The notes: generated by a model not told the origin, from the sequence alone. A DNA stretch of 64,000 nt from Chloroflexota bacterium (GCA_963663275.1 OY760183.1:1184001-1248000), one strand, 5' to 3'. Counted from the first letter of the stretch, positions 47,353-58,308 are shown. Made by a program: numbers and translations.

Positions 47353-49821
47353 TCAGGCCTGCTCCACCAGCACGCGCACGTCCAGGCGCAGCACGTCGCC
47401 GTCCCGGTCTATCACCACCGTATCGCCGGCGTGGAACTTTTCGGCCAGCAGACCTTCGGCAAGCTCATTCTCGATCAGGTTCTGGATCACGCGCCGCAGC
47501 GGCCGCGCGCCGTTATCCGGGTCGAAGCCCTGTTCCACCAGCAGTTCTTTCGCGTCGTCGGTAACGTCCAACGTAATTTCCTGTTCGGTCAGCCGGGCCT
47601 GCACCTCGGCCAGTTGGATATCGACTATGTTGATGATGTCTTCTTTGGAGAGGTGCCGGAACGTCACGACGCTATCCACGCGATTCAGGAACTCAGGGCG
47701 GAACGTCTTCTTGATTTCCGCCATCACCCGTTCCCGCATCTCTTTGTACATCTGTTCCTCGGTGCGCAGGTCGGAGGCGTCCAGCCGGAAGCCGACGGCG
47801 GCGTCGCGTTTGATCAGGTGCGCGCCCACGTTCGAGGTCATGATGAGGATCGTGTTGCGGAAGTCCACCGTGCGGCCTTTGCCGTCGGTCAGGCGTCCGT
47901 CTTCCATGATCTGCAGCAAAACGTTGAAGACGTCCGGGTGGGCTTTCTCGATTTCGTCCAGCAGCACCACCGAATAGCTGCGCCGCCGCACCGCTTCGGT
48001 GAGTTGGCCGCCTTCTTCATAGCCCACGTAGCCCGGCGGCGCGCCCACCAGGCGGGAGATGGTGTGCTTCTCCATGTACTCTGACATGTCCAGCCGCACC
48101 ATGGCGTCGCTGCTGCCGAACATGAACTCGGCTAAGGCGCGGGCCAGATACGTCTTGCCGGAGCCGGTGGGCCCGACGAAGATGAACGAGCCGATGGGGC
48201 GCTTGGGGTCTTTGAGGCCGGCGCGGGCGCGGCGCACAGCCTTGGAGACGTTGCTGATGGCCTCGTCCTGGCTCACCACCTTCTTGTGCAGGTTCTCCTC
48301 CATGTGGAGCAGCCGCGCGGATTCCTCCTGGGCGATGCGGGTCACCGGAATGCCGGTCCACATGGAGACCACGGTGGCCACGTCCTCTTTGGTGACCTCG
48401 GGCCACTTCTCTTCCTGGTTGGGCCAATCCGATTCCAGGGTTTCGATCTTCTTGCGCAATTCCGCCTCTTTTTCGCCCAGGCCCACCGCCTCGTCGTACT
48501 GGCGGCCCTCGATGGCGTCTTCCTTTTCGCGCACGATGCCGTCCAGGTCTTTCACCGCGTTGCGCAGGGCGTTGGAGGTGTTGGCCTGCTGGATGCGCAC
48601 CCGCGAGGCCGCCTCGTCGATGAGGTCGATCGCCTTGTCCGGCAGGAAGCGGTCGGTGACGTAGCGGCCGGACATTTCCGCCGCCACTTTGACGGCTTCG
48701 TCGACGATGTGCACCTTATGGTGCTCCTCGTAGGCTTCCTTGACGCCCTGGAGCACGGCAATCGTCTCTTCGATGTCCAGTTCGCGCACGTGCACGGGCT
48801 GGAAGCGGCGTTCCAGGGCGGCGTCGCGCTCGATGTACTTGCGGTATTCGTCCAGGGTGGTGGCGCCGATGCATTGCAGTTCGCCGCGGGCCAGCGCCGG
48901 TTTCAGGATATTGGCCGCGTCCACCGCGCCTTCCGCCGCGCCCGCGCCGACAAGGGTATGCAACTCGTCGATGAAGAGCATGCAATCGCCGGAGCCGCGA
49001 ATTTCCTCGAGAATCTTCTTCAGCCGTTCTTCGAATTCACCCCGGTACTTGGTGCCGGCCACCAGCGCGCCGATGTCCAGGGTAAGCAGCCTTTTGCCCA
49101 GCAGGGTTTCCGGCACGTCGCCCTCGATGACGCGCTGCGCCAGGCCCTCCACAATCGCGGTCTTGCCGACGCCGGGTTCGCCGATGAGCGCCGGGTTGTT
49201 CTTGGTGCGGCGCGAGAGGATCTGCACCACCCGTTCGATCTCCTGCTGGCGGCCGATGACGGGATCGAGCTTTTCGGCGCGGGCCGCGGCGGTGAGGTCG
49301 ATGCCCATCTGGTCGATCAAAGGAGTGCGTGAAGTGGATGACTGGCGGCCGCCGCTCTCGTGAGTCAGGCGCGAGGGTTGCTGGCTCACCGCCTGGATCA
49401 CCTTTTGCCGCACTTTTTCCAGGCTTACGCCCAGGCTCTCCAGCACGCCGGCGGCGATGCCCTCGCCTTCGCGCACCAGTCCCAGCAGCAGGTGCTCGGT
49501 GCCGATGTAGTTGTGCCCCAGGCGGCGCGCTTCTTCCGTGGCAAGCTCGATGACCTTCTTGGCGCGGGGCGTCAGGCTGATGTCGCCGACGTTCACGCGC
49601 TCGCCGCGCCCGATGATGAACTCCACCGCGCCGCGCACCTTGGTGAGGTCTACGCCCATGTCGTAGAGCACCTTGGCGGCGATGCCGTCCCCTTCGCGCA
49701 CCAGTCCCAGCAGCAGGTGCTCGGTGCCGATGTAGTTGTGGTTGAAACGGCGCGCTTCTTCGGTGGCAAGCGCGAGAACCCGCTTGGCTCGGTCCGTATA
49801 CTTATCGTACAGGGGACTCAC
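47353..49821 (-). CDS. clpC: ATP-dependent Clp protease ATP-binding subunit
   Basis: Two Clp-N repeats, [11 protein letters not shown]-like middle domain, [11 protein letters not shown] ClpP-binding loop. Confidence 0.97.
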   Translation of the reverse strand: MSPLYDKYTDRAKRVLALATEEARRFNHNYIGTEHLLLGLVREGDGIAAKVLYDMGVDLTKVRGAVEFIIGRGERVNVGDISLTPRAKKVIELATEEARRLGHNYIGTEHLLLGLVREGEGIAAGVLESLGVSLEKVRQKVIQAVSQQPSRLTHESGGRQSSTSRTPLIDQMGIDLTAAARAEKLDPVIGRQQEIERVVQILSRRTKNNPALIGEPGVGKTAIVEGLAQRVIEGDVPETLLGKRLLTLDIGALVAGTKYRGEFEERLKKILEEIRGSGDCMLFIDELHTLVGAGAAEGAVDAANILKPALARGELQCIGATTLDEYRKYIERDAALERRFQPVHVRELDIEETIAVLQGVKEAYEEHHKVHIVDEAVKVAAEMSGRYVTDRFLPDKAIDLIDEAASRVRIQQANTSNALRNAVKDLDGIVREKEDAIEGRQYDEAVGLGEKEAELRKKIETLESDWPNQEEKWPEVTKEDVATVVSMWTGIPVTRIAQEESARLLHMEENLHKKVVSQDEAISNVSKAVRRARAGLKDPKRPIGSFIFVGPTGSGKTYLARALAEFMFGSSDAMVRLDMSEYMEKHTISRLVGAPPGYVGYEEGGQLTEAVRRRSYSVVLLDEIEKAHPDVFNVLLQIMEDGRLTDGKGRTVDFRNTILIMTSNVGAHLIKRDAAVGFRLDASDLRTEEQMYKEMRERVMAEIKKTFRPEFLNRVDSVVTFRHLSKEDIINIVDIQLAEVQARLTEQEITLDVTDDAKELLVEQGFDPDNGARPLRRVIQNLIENELAEGLLAEKFHAGDTVVIDRDGDVLRLDVRVLVEQA

Positions 49822-50534
49822 GAAGTATCTCCTTGGCTCACCGCTTGCCTAACCTGTCGCCGCAGTCTTTCCAGGGTTACGCCCAGCGACCGCAAAATGC
49901 CCGCCGCAATGCCTTCACCCTCACGCGCCAGACCGAGAAGCAGGTGCCCTGTGCCAATCTGCTCATGACCTAACCGGCGCGCCTCTTCCGCCGCAAGACT
50001 AATCGCCTTCCTTGCGCCAGGCGTCAGCCTGATCTCGGTTCCCGCGTCTTGCTCTGCCCTTCCGGTAGTAACCTCTTGACCGGCGCGTTCTTCCGTTTCG
50101 CTCGCAGCCTCTACCGCCGCGCCCAGTTCCGTCAGGTTCACGCCCAGGCTTTCCAGGATGCCGGCCGCGATGCCTTCGCCTTCGCGGACTAGACCGAGCA
50201 GGAAGTGCTCGGCATCGATGTCCTCGTGTCCCAGGCGGCGCGCTTCTTCGGTCGCAAACTCAATCACCTGCTTGGCGCGGGGCGTCAGGCGCATTTCGCT
50301 TACCTGCCCGCCCTCACCGCGACCGATGATGTACTTCACCGCGTCCCGTACCGTGGTGAGGTCCACCCCCATCTCGGCCAGGGTTGCGGCGGCTTTGCCC
50401 TCACCCTCGCGCACGATCCCCAACAACATGTGCTCGGTGCCGATGTAGCTGTGGTCGAGGCGGCGCGCTTCTTCCGTTGCCAGCGCCAGCACCCGCTTGG
50501 CCCGGTCCGTGTACCGATCGAACAGAGGGCTCAC
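49818..50534 (-). CDS. Clp N-terminal-domain-only protein (three Clp repeats, no ATPase)
   Basis: Three EEARRL.H..I...H.LLG..REGEG.AA units; N-terminus nearly identical to ClpC; GTGA overlap with the clpC start. Confidence 0.9.
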   Translation of the reverse strand: MSPLFDRYTDRAKRVLALATEEARRLDHSYIGTEHMLLGIVREGEGKAAATLAEMGVDLTTVRDAVKYIIGRGEGGQVSEMRLTPRAKQVIEFATEEARRLGHEDIDAEHFLLGLVREGEGIAAGILESLGVNLTELGAAVEAASETEERAGQEVTTGRAEQDAGTEIRLTPGARKAISLAAEEARRLGHEQIGTGHLLLGLAREGEGIAAGILRSLGVTLERLRRQVRQAVSQGDTS

Positions 50535-50610
50535 GGCACTGCTCCTGGGTTCCGTTGCCGCCCGCGGCGGCGCGTACGCAGAGCGGCCGCGCGGGCCGGC
50601 TGCCCGGCCG

Positions 50611-51795
50611 CTAGGCCTCTTCCGCCGCGTGTTCCTCCTCAGCCTCGTCCGCCGCCGCTTCCTCTTGCTCCGCGGCCATCAGGTTCGCCAACTGCTCTTC
50701 CAGATTTACCGGAGACAGTCTCATGCGGTGGCGCTGCGGATCGGCGCTGAGCACCCGAAAGATGAGTTCCTGGCCTTCTTGCAGCATGTCGCGTCCCTCG
50801 GGCGACATCTCGGAATTGTGCGCCAGGCCCTCGATGCCGTCCTCCACGCGCACGAACGCGCCAAAGGGCGCGATCTTGATGATGAGTCCCGGCACCTCTC
50901 TGCCCACCGGATAGCGCGCCTCGATGCCTTCCCACGGGTCTTTCTGGGTGCGCTTGATCGAGAGGCCGATCTTCTTGCTCTCGTGATCCAGGCTGAGCAC
51001 GCAGACTTCCACCTTCTGCGCCACCTGGAGCACCTCGCTGGGGTCTTCCACCCGGCTCCAAGAAATCTCGGATATGTGGACGAGGCCGTCCGCGCCGCCC
51101 AAGTCGACGAACGCGCCGAAACTGCACAGGTTGCTCACCACGCCTTCGCGGGTCTGGCCGACTTCCAGTTCCTTCAGCAACTGTTCGCGCTGTTGGGCGC
51201 GCATCTCGCGCTCCGCCAGGCGTTCGGAGAGGATGAGCCGGTTGCGGCGGCGGTCTACCTCGATGATCTTCAGCTTCAGGCTGCGGCCGATTAGTTCGGA
51301 GAGCCGCGCCAGCAGGTCTTCTTCACTGGCGTCGCGGTTGGGCGGCCGCTCCAGGGAGACAAGCTGGGAACTGGGCACGAAGCCGCGCAGGCCGATGTCC
51401 ACGATGACGCCGCCCTTGTTGGCGTCGATGACGGTGGTTTCCAGTATTTCGCCGTCCTGGTAGCGTTGGTCGATCTCCCGCCAGGCGCGTTCGGCCATTG
51501 CGCGCCGGATAGAAAGGAGCGCGTGCCCCTCGGCGGTTTCCGGGTTAACCACGTAGACCAGCACCTTCTCACCGACGCTCATTTCCACCACTTCGTCCAT
51601 GCGCGCCAGTTCCCTGCCGGAGACGACGCCTTCCGCCTTGAGGCCGATGTCCACCATGATTTCGTCATCGGCAGCCTGGACGACGACGCCTTCAACCACG
51701 TCACCGCGCCGCACTGTGCGAATGGAGCTTTCGATCTCTCCCAGGAGAGACTCCATCGTCATCGCTTCTTCGGTAGTCGTTGGTGATTCTTGCAC
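50611..51795 (-). CDS. rpsA: 30S ribosomal protein S1
   Basis: Four S1 domains; FGAFVDLGG.DGLVHISEISW; AAGGA RBS. Confidence 0.95.
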   Translation of the reverse strand: MQESPTTTEEAMTMESLLGEIESSIRTVRRGDVVEGVVVQAADDEIMVDIGLKAEGVVSGRELARMDEVVEMSVGEKVLVYVVNPETAEGHALLSIRRAMAERAWREIDQRYQDGEILETTVIDANKGGVIVDIGLRGFVPSSQLVSLERPPNRDASEEDLLARLSELIGRSLKLKIIEVDRRRNRLILSERLAEREMRAQQREQLLKELEVGQTREGVVSNLCSFGAFVDLGGADGLVHISEISWSRVEDPSEVLQVAQKVEVCVLSLDHESKKIGLSIKRTQKDPWEGIEARYPVGREVPGLIIKIAPFGAFVRVEDGIEGLAHNSEMSPEGRDMLQEGQELIFRVLSADPQRHRMRLSPVNLEEQLANLMAAEQEEAAADEAEEEHAAEEA

Positions 51796-51880
51796 TGGTT
51801 ATCCTTACCTTCTCTCACGTATTGCCGCCGCCGCGCAAAGCCAGACAAGCGTATCCGGCGCTTTCGCGCAGTCTGGCACC

Positions 51881-51910
51881 ATTATAGTCAATGCCAGCGT
51901 CAAAAGTAAA
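51881..51910 (-). promoter_or_regulatory. Putative rpsA promoter
   Basis: Perfect TATAAT on the minus strand with TTTACT 18 nt upstream. Confidence 0.5.
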
Positions 51911-52033
51911 GGCAGCAGAGGCCGCCGCCGACCCCGGCGCGGCCCCGGTCTTGGCGAAAAGCGCCGCCTATCCGCCGCGCCGTCCATCTGGTATGCTGGG
52001 GAATGCACAGCCGCAAGCGAGGGAGAGCCGCAC

Positions 52034-52360
52034 ATGTCGATGAAGATGCTGCGCCAGATGCAGCAAAAGATGACGAAGATTCAGGAAGAGTTGGGGCGCG
52101 AGACGGTGGAGAGCACGGCCGGCGGCGGCGCGGTGAAGGTCGTGATGACCGGCCATCAGCAGGTGCGGTCCGTTCAAATCCTGCCGGACGTGCTGGAGGC
52201 CGCGGTCACGCCGGAAGGCGAGGTCGACGAGGATGGGCTGGAAATGCTGCAAGACCTGCTCACGGCCGCCGTCAACGACGCGGTGGAGAAGTCGCAGGAA
52301 CTTGCCAGCCGCCGCCTTTCCGCGGTCACCGGCGGCATGAACATCCCCGGCATGTTCTAG
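52034..52360 (+). CDS. ybaB: YbaB/EbfC nucleoid-associated protein
   Basis: QMQ.KM.KIQEEL...VE.TAGGGAV.V; LQDL..AAVNDA; lies upstream of recR. Confidence 0.95.
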   Translation: MSMKMLRQMQQKMTKIQEELGRETVESTAGGGAVKVVMTGHQQVRSVQILPDVLEAAVTPEGEVDEDGLEMLQDLLTAAVNDAVEKSQELASRRLSAVTGGMNIPGMF

Positions 52361-52425
52361 CCGGCATGTTCTCGTAGGAGAGCTTGGCAAGTCTCAAGCC
52401 GGCGCGCAAAAGACTCCCTCTCCCT

Positions 52426-52578
52426 GGGCTGACAGGGGTAGGAAAGTGTCATTCCGAGCGGAGCGAGGAATCTAGAAGTGATGAGCTTACAGGGCAATGC
52501 CTTAGATTCCTCTCTCCGCTGCGCTCCGCTCGGAATGACACGTGAAGTCGGATGTAGAATGCCTATCCCTGTCAGCTC
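52426..52578. mobile_element. MITE family E (153 bp) inserted in a family A palindrome
   Basis: gggctgacagggg...ccctgtcagctc flanked by tccct/tccct. Confidence 0.88.
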
Positions 52579-52695
52579 TCCCTGGGGGAGAGGGCCGGGG
52601 TGAGGGGGGAGAGTTCACGGTTCCAACTCCATCCCACCTGTTAGATCCTGTTTACGATACTGCTTAGGGGAGAGTTTTCAAAGCCGATAAAGACC

Positions 52696-52806
52696 GTTCG
52701 TGCTGAGCACTTCGGCAAGCTCAGTACAGGCCTGTCGAAGCATGAACGCCTATCCGCCACCTTGCGGCTGTTCCGTTCACCCTTCGACGCGGCTCAGGGC
52801 GAACGT
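52696..52806. repeat. Family F repeats
   Basis: gttcgtgctgag..., cctgtcgaagcatgaacg, gttcacccttcgacgcggctcagggcgaacg. Confidence 0.75.
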
Positions 52807-52895
52807 TCCTCCTGCGGACAAGACGATCGTAAATCGGTTCTTAGGCAGAGCGACTCGAAGGCCAAAAGTAGGGAGAAAGCGAAGCGGTGGCACGG

Positions 52896-53495
52896 ATGAG
52901 CCTGCCGGCGCCCGTAGCGCGGCTCATCGAGGAGTTGACCCGGCTGCCCGGCATCGGTCCGCGCTCGGCGCAACGGCTGGCGTTCTATCTGCTGCGTTCG
53001 TCGCCGGACCTGGCCCGCAACCTGGCGGCGGCTCTGGAAAACCTGCGCGCCCAGACGGTCTGGTGCTCCCGCTGCTTCAACCTCAGCGAGCGCGATCCCT
53101 GCCCCATTTGCCAGGATCCGGAGCGGGACCAGACCCGCGTCTGCGTGGTGGAAGAGCCGCTGGATCTGCTGGCGATCGAGCGCACCGGCCTCTACGCGGG
53201 CCTCTACCACGTGCTCCACGGCTCGCTCTCGCCGCTGGAAGGCCGCAATGTGGAGGACGTGAAGATTGCCGAACTGGTGGCGCGGCTGCGGGCGCAGCCG
53301 GTGGAAGAACTGATTCTGGCCATGGACGCCGACCACGAGGGCGACACCACGGCTAGCTACGTGGCCCAGGTGGCGGCGTCTTTCGCGCGGCGCATCACGC
53401 GCCTGGCGCGGGGCCTGCCCACCGGCGCGGACCTGGAGTACGCCGACGAGAGCACCATCGCGAGCGCCTTGCAAGGGCGTCAGGACAGCGCCTAG
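52896..53495 (+). CDS. recR: Recombination mediator RecR
   Basis: LPGIGPRSAQRLA, C4 zinc finger, VCVVEEP, YHVLHG, TRLARGLP.G.DLEYAD. Confidence 0.97.
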   Translation: MSLPAPVARLIEELTRLPGIGPRSAQRLAFYLLRSSPDLARNLAAALENLRAQTVWCSRCFNLSERDPCPICQDPERDQTRVCVVEEPLDLLAIERTGLYAGLYHVLHGSLSPLEGRNVEDVKIAELVARLRAQPVEELILAMDADHEGDTTASYVAQVAASFARRITRLARGLPTGADLEYADESTIASALQGRQDSA

Positions 53496-53498
53496 GCT

Positions 53499-54287
53499 AT
53501 GCCCCGCCGCGATCCGCGCCGCGTCTGGGAACTGGCGCGCCGCTACCGGACGCTCGCCGCCCGTTTCCCGCAATTCGCCGTGGCCGAGATCGGCGCGGTG
53601 GAACGCTTCGGCCTGCGGTTCCCGCTGCTGGCGGTAGAGGCGGGAGAGGGGCCGCGCGGCGCCATCATCCTGGCCGGCACCCACGGCGACGAGATCGCCG
53701 GGCCGCTGGCGCTGCTCGCGTTCTGGGAAGACGCGGCGAACCACGCCCTGCTGGAAGGCATCCGCTTCCTCTGCCTGCCGCTCATCAATCCGGTTGGCTT
53801 CGCGCGGGGCATACGCGGCAACGGCGCGGTGGACCTCAACCGCCACTTTGGGCGGCCTACGGCCCAACCGGAAAACGAAATCGCGCTGGACTTCCTGCGC
53901 GAACGCCGGGCGGACCTGCTGGTCTCGCTGCACGAGGACGTGACGTCCGGCTGCTTCTACATGTACGAGAGCGGCGTGCGGGAGCGCGGCGTGTTTGCGC
54001 GGATCGTGGCCGACGACGCGGCGCTGCTCGACGCGCTGGAGGCGCAAGGCCATCCGGTTTGCAAGGGCGATGAGGTGGACGGCAACTACAACCGCAGCGG
54101 CCTGGTGGTGTCCAATCCCGGCTCGGTGCGCGCCAGCCGCTCCGGCGCTCTGGAAGCGGTGCTCATGCGCCTTGGGGCGATCCGGCGCGTGGTGGGCTTC
54201 GAAACCCCCGGCACGCTGCCCCTCCGCGACCGCATCCACCAACAACAGACCGCGCTCCGCCACGTGCTCGGCTCGTTCCTGGTGTAG
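53499..54287 (+). CDS. M14-like metallopeptidase/succinylglutamate desuccinylase family
   Basis: AGTHGDE.AG, NP.G, DLNR, SLHED, ETP. Confidence 0.85.
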   Translation: MPRRDPRRVWELARRYRTLAARFPQFAVAEIGAVERFGLRFPLLAVEAGEGPRGAIILAGTHGDEIAGPLALLAFWEDAANHALLEGIRFLCLPLINPVGFARGIRGNGAVDLNRHFGRPTAQPENEIALDFLRERRADLLVSLHEDVTSGCFYMYESGVRERGVFARIVADDAALLDALEAQGHPVCKGDEVDGNYNRSGLVVSNPGSVRASRSGALEAVLMRLGAIRRVVGFETPGTLPLRDRIHQQQTALRHVLGSFLV

Positions 54288-54320
54288 CGGCGCCGATTGT
54301 CCGTAATGCGGCCGCCATAC

Positions 54321-54571
54321 CGTAGCGCGGGGGCTTGTCCCCCGCTGGCACAAGCACAAACGTAGCGCGGGGGCTTGTCCCCCGCCGGAGACGTGGGGGT
54401 ATCAGAAGCGGGGCGATTCTGATAGGCGCGTAGGGCGGTTCGCGAACCGCCCCTACACCATGCAAGGCGTAGCGGTAGCGCGGGGGCTTGTCCCCCGCCG
54501 GGGCAGGAGAGACGATACCGCAAAGGACGGGCTCTACGGGGACGGCGGCGCAGGTTACAAACCTGCGCTAC
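54321..54571. repeat. GTAG-type REP cluster (C, C, H, C+B pair) downstream of tRNA-Cys
   Basis: gtagcgcgggggcttgtcccccgc x3; gtagggcggttcgcgaaccgcccctac; gcaggttacaaacctgcgctac. Confidence 0.88.
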
Positions 54572-54657
54572 CGGAGGTGTGGCTGCGTGGGGGGCATCCG
54601 CCGCGGATGGATGCCGGCGCGCGGCGGCACGTTGGGTTGATTGCGGGAAACGACTAC

Positions 54658-54732
54658 TGGAGGCGACGAGCGGAATCGAACCGCTGTATAAGGGTTTTGC
54701 AGACCCTCGCCTTACCACTTGGCTACGTCGCC
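54658..54732 (-). tRNA. tRNA-Cys (GCA)
   Basis: GGCGACGTAGCCAAGTGGTAAGGCGAGGGTCTGCAAAACCCTTATACAGCGGTTCGATTCCGCTCGTCGCCTCCA; cloverleaf with encoded CCA. Confidence 0.97.
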
Positions 54733-54777
54733 GATCCGGCTGCGAAAGGGGAGCGCGCGCTACTCTCTCGCCTATTG

Positions 54778-54806
54778 AGTATAGCCTTGCGGCTACAGCG
54801 TGTCAA
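54778..54806 (-). promoter_or_regulatory. Sigma70 promoter of tRNA-Cys
   Basis: TTGACA-17 nt-TATACT on the minus strand. Confidence 0.8.
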
Positions 54807-54851
54807 AAGCGAATCGTGCTATTCTGCTTCTTGGGGGAAGAATCGCGCATC

Positions 54852-55607
54852 GTGCAAGACTGGTACCAACGACTCCAATTCGACCGTCTCATCGTGCTGA
54901 GCGTGCTCGCCACCACCGGCGTGCTTCTCACGCTCCGCGCGGAAGCGGCGCTGCTGCTCGTGGCCGTGCCGGTGCTGCTTGGCGTGGTCGCGGTGGCCTT
55001 GCGCCAGGTGATCGTGTCGCGGGGCGATGACGCCACCTGGATGCTGACGCCGCTGCTGCTCACGTTGGCAAACGCCCTCTTCTGGCGGATCATTCCCGAC
55101 GAGCGCGCCTCCCTCATCGGCAGCGCGCTCTTTGGCGTGCTCTTCCTGGTTGCGCTCGTGGATTACCACCGCAGCCGCGCGCAGCGCAAGACGGGGGCGG
55201 CCGCGTGGCCCAACCAGGCGGTCGTCTACGTCACGTTCTTCATGTTCTGCGCCACGCTCAGCGCCTGGAATATCAATCTGGTCGTGTATGCCGCGCTTGT
55301 GGGCGTGTGCGCCTATGGGGCGAGTTTCGCCATGCTCCTGCGCCGCGATATGCCGCGCGCGGCGGCGTGGCGCTATAGCCTGCTGGTCGCGGTCGTGGTC
55401 GGCGAGGTCTCATGGGCGCTCAACTACTGGCCGCTGCCGACGCTGCACGAGGCGCTCACGCTGCTGCTGCACGCCCACGTCGCGCTGGGCGTCATGCAGG
55501 CGCACTATGCCAGGAAATTCGGCTTCTCATTGGCGCTGGAATACGGAGCGGTCTGCGCTATCGCGGTGGCGCTTATAGTCTGGACAACGCTGCGGCCGCT
55601 GGGGTGA
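54852..55607 (+). CDS. Multi-pass membrane protein (DUF5656-like)
   Basis: About 8-9 hydrophobic helices; E..WALNYWP and LEYG motifs; start uncertain. Confidence 0.7.
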   Translation: MQDWYQRLQFDRLIVLSVLATTGVLLTLRAEAALLLVAVPVLLGVVAVALRQVIVSRGDDATWMLTPLLLTLANALFWRIIPDERASLIGSALFGVLFLVALVDYHRSRAQRKTGAAAWPNQAVVYVTFFMFCATLSAWNINLVVYAALVGVCAYGASFAMLLRRDMPRAAAWRYSLLVAVVVGEVSWALNYWPLPTLHEALTLLLHAHVALGVMQAHYARKFGFSLALEYGAVCAIAVALIVWTTLRPLG

Positions 55608-56616
55608 GGCGCGGGACGATGGCGCCGACCGCTGCGCCGGCGGTGTTGCGCACGTCCGGCGGGTGCAGTTCTTGCAGCCGGTCGCGCTGCTCGGCGCTGA
55701 TAACGCCTATCGCCGCCAGCAGTTGCGGCGCCAGCGCCGGGTGGGCGCGGGCGTCGCCGTCCTCTATCTTGACCGCGATGCCCCAGCCCTGCGCCAGCGC
55801 GCCGGCGCAGAAGAGCGCCTCCGCGCCGCTCTTGGAGACCACGTTCTCACCCGCTACCCGCATCAGGTCCGTGGTAAAGCCGTTCGTGCCGGAGACCATC
55901 TCCGGATGCTCGCGCATCGCCCGCGAGATGCGCCGCAGCGCGGCCGCGCGCTCAGCCGAGACGCCTGCCGGCTGGCCGCCTGAGTCGGGCTGCGCCAGAA
56001 CGGCGAACGCCCGTGCGATCCGCCGCAGCGGCAGGGCGAACACCGGCGCGTTGCAGCCGTCCACGGCCACGTAGACGTCTGCCGGCGCCATGCCCGCCGT
56101 CTCCGCCACTACCTGTCGCAAACGAACCTGCACGGGATGATCCGGCGCGGTGTAGCCTTGCGCGTCCCAGCCGGCGTGTTGGCAGAGGGCCAACATGCTG
56201 GCGTGCTTGCCGGAACAATTATTGTGGATCTTGCGCGGCGGCTCGCCGGCGCGGACCAGCGCCGCCGCGCTGGGCGCGTGGTTAGGCGCGTGCGTGCCGC
56301 AGGCCAGCGCCCCTTCATCCAGGCCGATCTTCTTTAGAATGCTCTGTACCGCGGCCACGTGGAACGGCTCGCCGTAGTGCGAGGCGCAGGCCACCGCAAC
56401 CTCGCGGTCGGTCAGGCCAAAGCGTTCCGCCGCGCCGCTCTCCACCATGGCCAGCGCCTGCAGCGGCTTGGCCGACGAGCGCAGGAACGTCACGCGCTCC
56501 GCGTCCCCGGCGGCGTACAAAAGGTTGCCGGCGGCGTCCGCTACCGCCGCGTGCGCCCGGTGCACGCTCTCCACCAACGCGCCGCGCGTGACCTCGATCT
56601 GCAACGGTTCGGACAT
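55573..56616 (-). CDS. L-asparaginase II (Rhizobium AnsA type)
   Basis: RG.LVES.H, RSSAKPLQA, ASH.GE, NNCSGKH, DGC.AP, SKSGAE. Confidence 0.93.
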   Translation of the reverse strand: MSEPLQIEVTRGALVESVHRAHAAVADAAGNLLYAAGDAERVTFLRSSAKPLQALAMVESGAAERFGLTDREVAVACASHYGEPFHVAAVQSILKKIGLDEGALACGTHAPNHAPSAAALVRAGEPPRKIHNNCSGKHASMLALCQHAGWDAQGYTAPDHPVQVRLRQVVAETAGMAPADVYVAVDGCNAPVFALPLRRIARAFAVLAQPDSGGQPAGVSAERAAALRRISRAMREHPEMVSGTNGFTTDLMRVAGENVVSKSGAEALFCAGALAQGWGIAVKIEDGDARAHPALAPQLLAAIGVISAEQRDRLQELHPPDVRNTAGAAVGAIVPRLTPAAAALSRL

Positions 56617-56747
56617 AACTCTCTCCCTTCTCCTTTTCAGCACGTGCCAGCGTACCATAGAATAGCGGTAGCGCGGGCGTGTTGCCCGCCGGGTGTGTTG
56701 GGGCGCGGCGGCTGTGCGCGGCAGAAACGCGAAGGAGGCGGAAGAAC

Positions 56748-57938
56748 ATGGAACGGCTGAACATCGCCCTGGTGGGCGCGGGACGGCGGGGCGCCGGCGC
56801 GCACGCGCCGGTAATCAATGCGCTGGACGACGTGTTCAACTTCGTTGCCGTCTGCGACGCCACCCCGGAACGGGCGCAGGCGGTGGCGGCCCAGTACGGC
56901 TGCAGAGCGTACACGTCCGTGCGCGACCTGGTAGATCACGAATCGCTCGACATTGCCGACGTGGTGGTGCCCAGCGACTCCCACCACGCGCTGAGTTGCT
57001 TCTTCTCCGGCCACGGCGTGCACCAGATTGTGGAGACGCCGATCGCGGTAACGCTGCCGCTGGCCGATCTCATGATCGAGACCGCCCGGCGGAACGGCGT
57101 GAAACTGGAGGTGGCGGAGAACTACTACCGCCAGCCGCTGATGCGCTTGCGGCAGGCGGTCATCGACTCCGGCGTCATCGGCCAGGTCAGCCGCATCTAC
57201 CGCATCTTCGAGGAAGGCGGCTTCCACGGCATGAGCATCCTGCGCCTCTGGGCGGGGGCCGACCCCACCGGGATCATGGGCGTCTCCCACACCAGCCCGG
57301 TGGCGCCGATCGTCGATCGGATGCTGCGCCGCCACGAGAGCGAACGGCTTTCCATCGGCGTAATCGAGTTCGCCAACGGGGTGGCGGCGCTGTCGGCCTA
57401 CTCCAACGTCATCCACGCCCGCTCGCTGGGCCGCGGCGCGTTCCGCTGCTCGCAGATCGACGGCACCCACGGCGCGATTGTGGGCGACGACGTGCACGCC
57501 GTGCCCGCGGACCAACTGCTCACCGGCGCGCAAAGCACGCCGGCCTCGCCCCAGCGCGTGACCAGCGAACGAAACGGGGTTGAGGTCCTGGAACGCCTGG
57601 AGGTGGCGCTGCCCGACCGGCGCGTCACCTGGGAAAACCCACTCCGCCGCTATCCGCTGGCCGAGGGGCAGGTGCAGGTTGCCGACGAACTGCTGAGCAT
57701 CGCCGCGGCGGTGCGCGACGACGCCGAACCGGCCTACGGCGCGGCCGCCGCGCGCCTGGACCAGGAGATGAACATCGCTATGATGGAATCCGGCGACAGC
57801 GACCGGACGACGATTCCCTTGCCCTTGCAACAGCCCACGGCGTACGAGGAGCGGCACCACGAGAGCTTCCTGGAGAAGTACGACTGCGCGCCGACGGACG
57901 TGGAAAAGCTGGTGGATACGTTCTATCCGCGCAATTGA
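56748..57938 (+). CDS. Gfo/Idh/MocA oxidoreductase
   Basis: GAGRRG, VETPIA, VAENY; AGGAGG RBS. Confidence 0.88.
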   Translation: MERLNIALVGAGRRGAGAHAPVINALDDVFNFVAVCDATPERAQAVAAQYGCRAYTSVRDLVDHESLDIADVVVPSDSHHALSCFFSGHGVHQIVETPIAVTLPLADLMIETARRNGVKLEVAENYYRQPLMRLRQAVIDSGVIGQVSRIYRIFEEGGFHGMSILRLWAGADPTGIMGVSHTSPVAPIVDRMLRRHESERLSIGVIEFANGVAALSAYSNVIHARSLGRGAFRCSQIDGTHGAIVGDDVHAVPADQLLTGAQSTPASPQRVTSERNGVEVLERLEVALPDRRVTWENPLRRYPLAEGQVQVADELLSIAAAVRDDAEPAYGAAAARLDQEMNIAMMESGDSDRTTIPLPLQQPTAYEERHHESFLEKYDCAPTDVEKLVDTFYPRN

Positions 57939-57981
57939 GCGCCCGGATTCAATTGAGGGTCATGCGGACGTGCGCTACCAT

Positions 57982-58130
57982 CCGTTCATGCTTCGACAGG
58001 CTCAGCACGAACGGTTGCGCAGGCTCAGCACGAACGGTTGGACAGGCTTAGCACGAACGGAGAGTGATAGGGACAGAAGGGCGCACTCGCGCCGGAGCCG
58101 TTCGCCCTGAGCCAAGTCGAAGGGTGAACG
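57982..58130. repeat. Family F cluster
   Basis: caggct(c/t)agcacgaacgg x3 and an inverted ccgttcgccctgagccaagtcgaagggtgaacgg. Confidence 0.85.
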
Positions 58131-58308
58131 GCTCCGGCACAGTAATGATGCTACTGAATTGAGGCTTGTTCCTCACCTCCCGGCGCAAAGAACAAACACC
58201 GTTTTCGCAGAGGCGCATTGGTCGCGTCGCCGCGAACCGATTGAGAAGCCAAAGTCAAAGACAACCCCGACCGCAGTGGAGAACGGCAGAAACGGAAAGG
58301 AAACCGCA

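Noticed and set aside
54658-54732. tRNA-Cys as an island integration site
   Set aside because: No integrase and no duplicated tRNA 3' end seen in the window.
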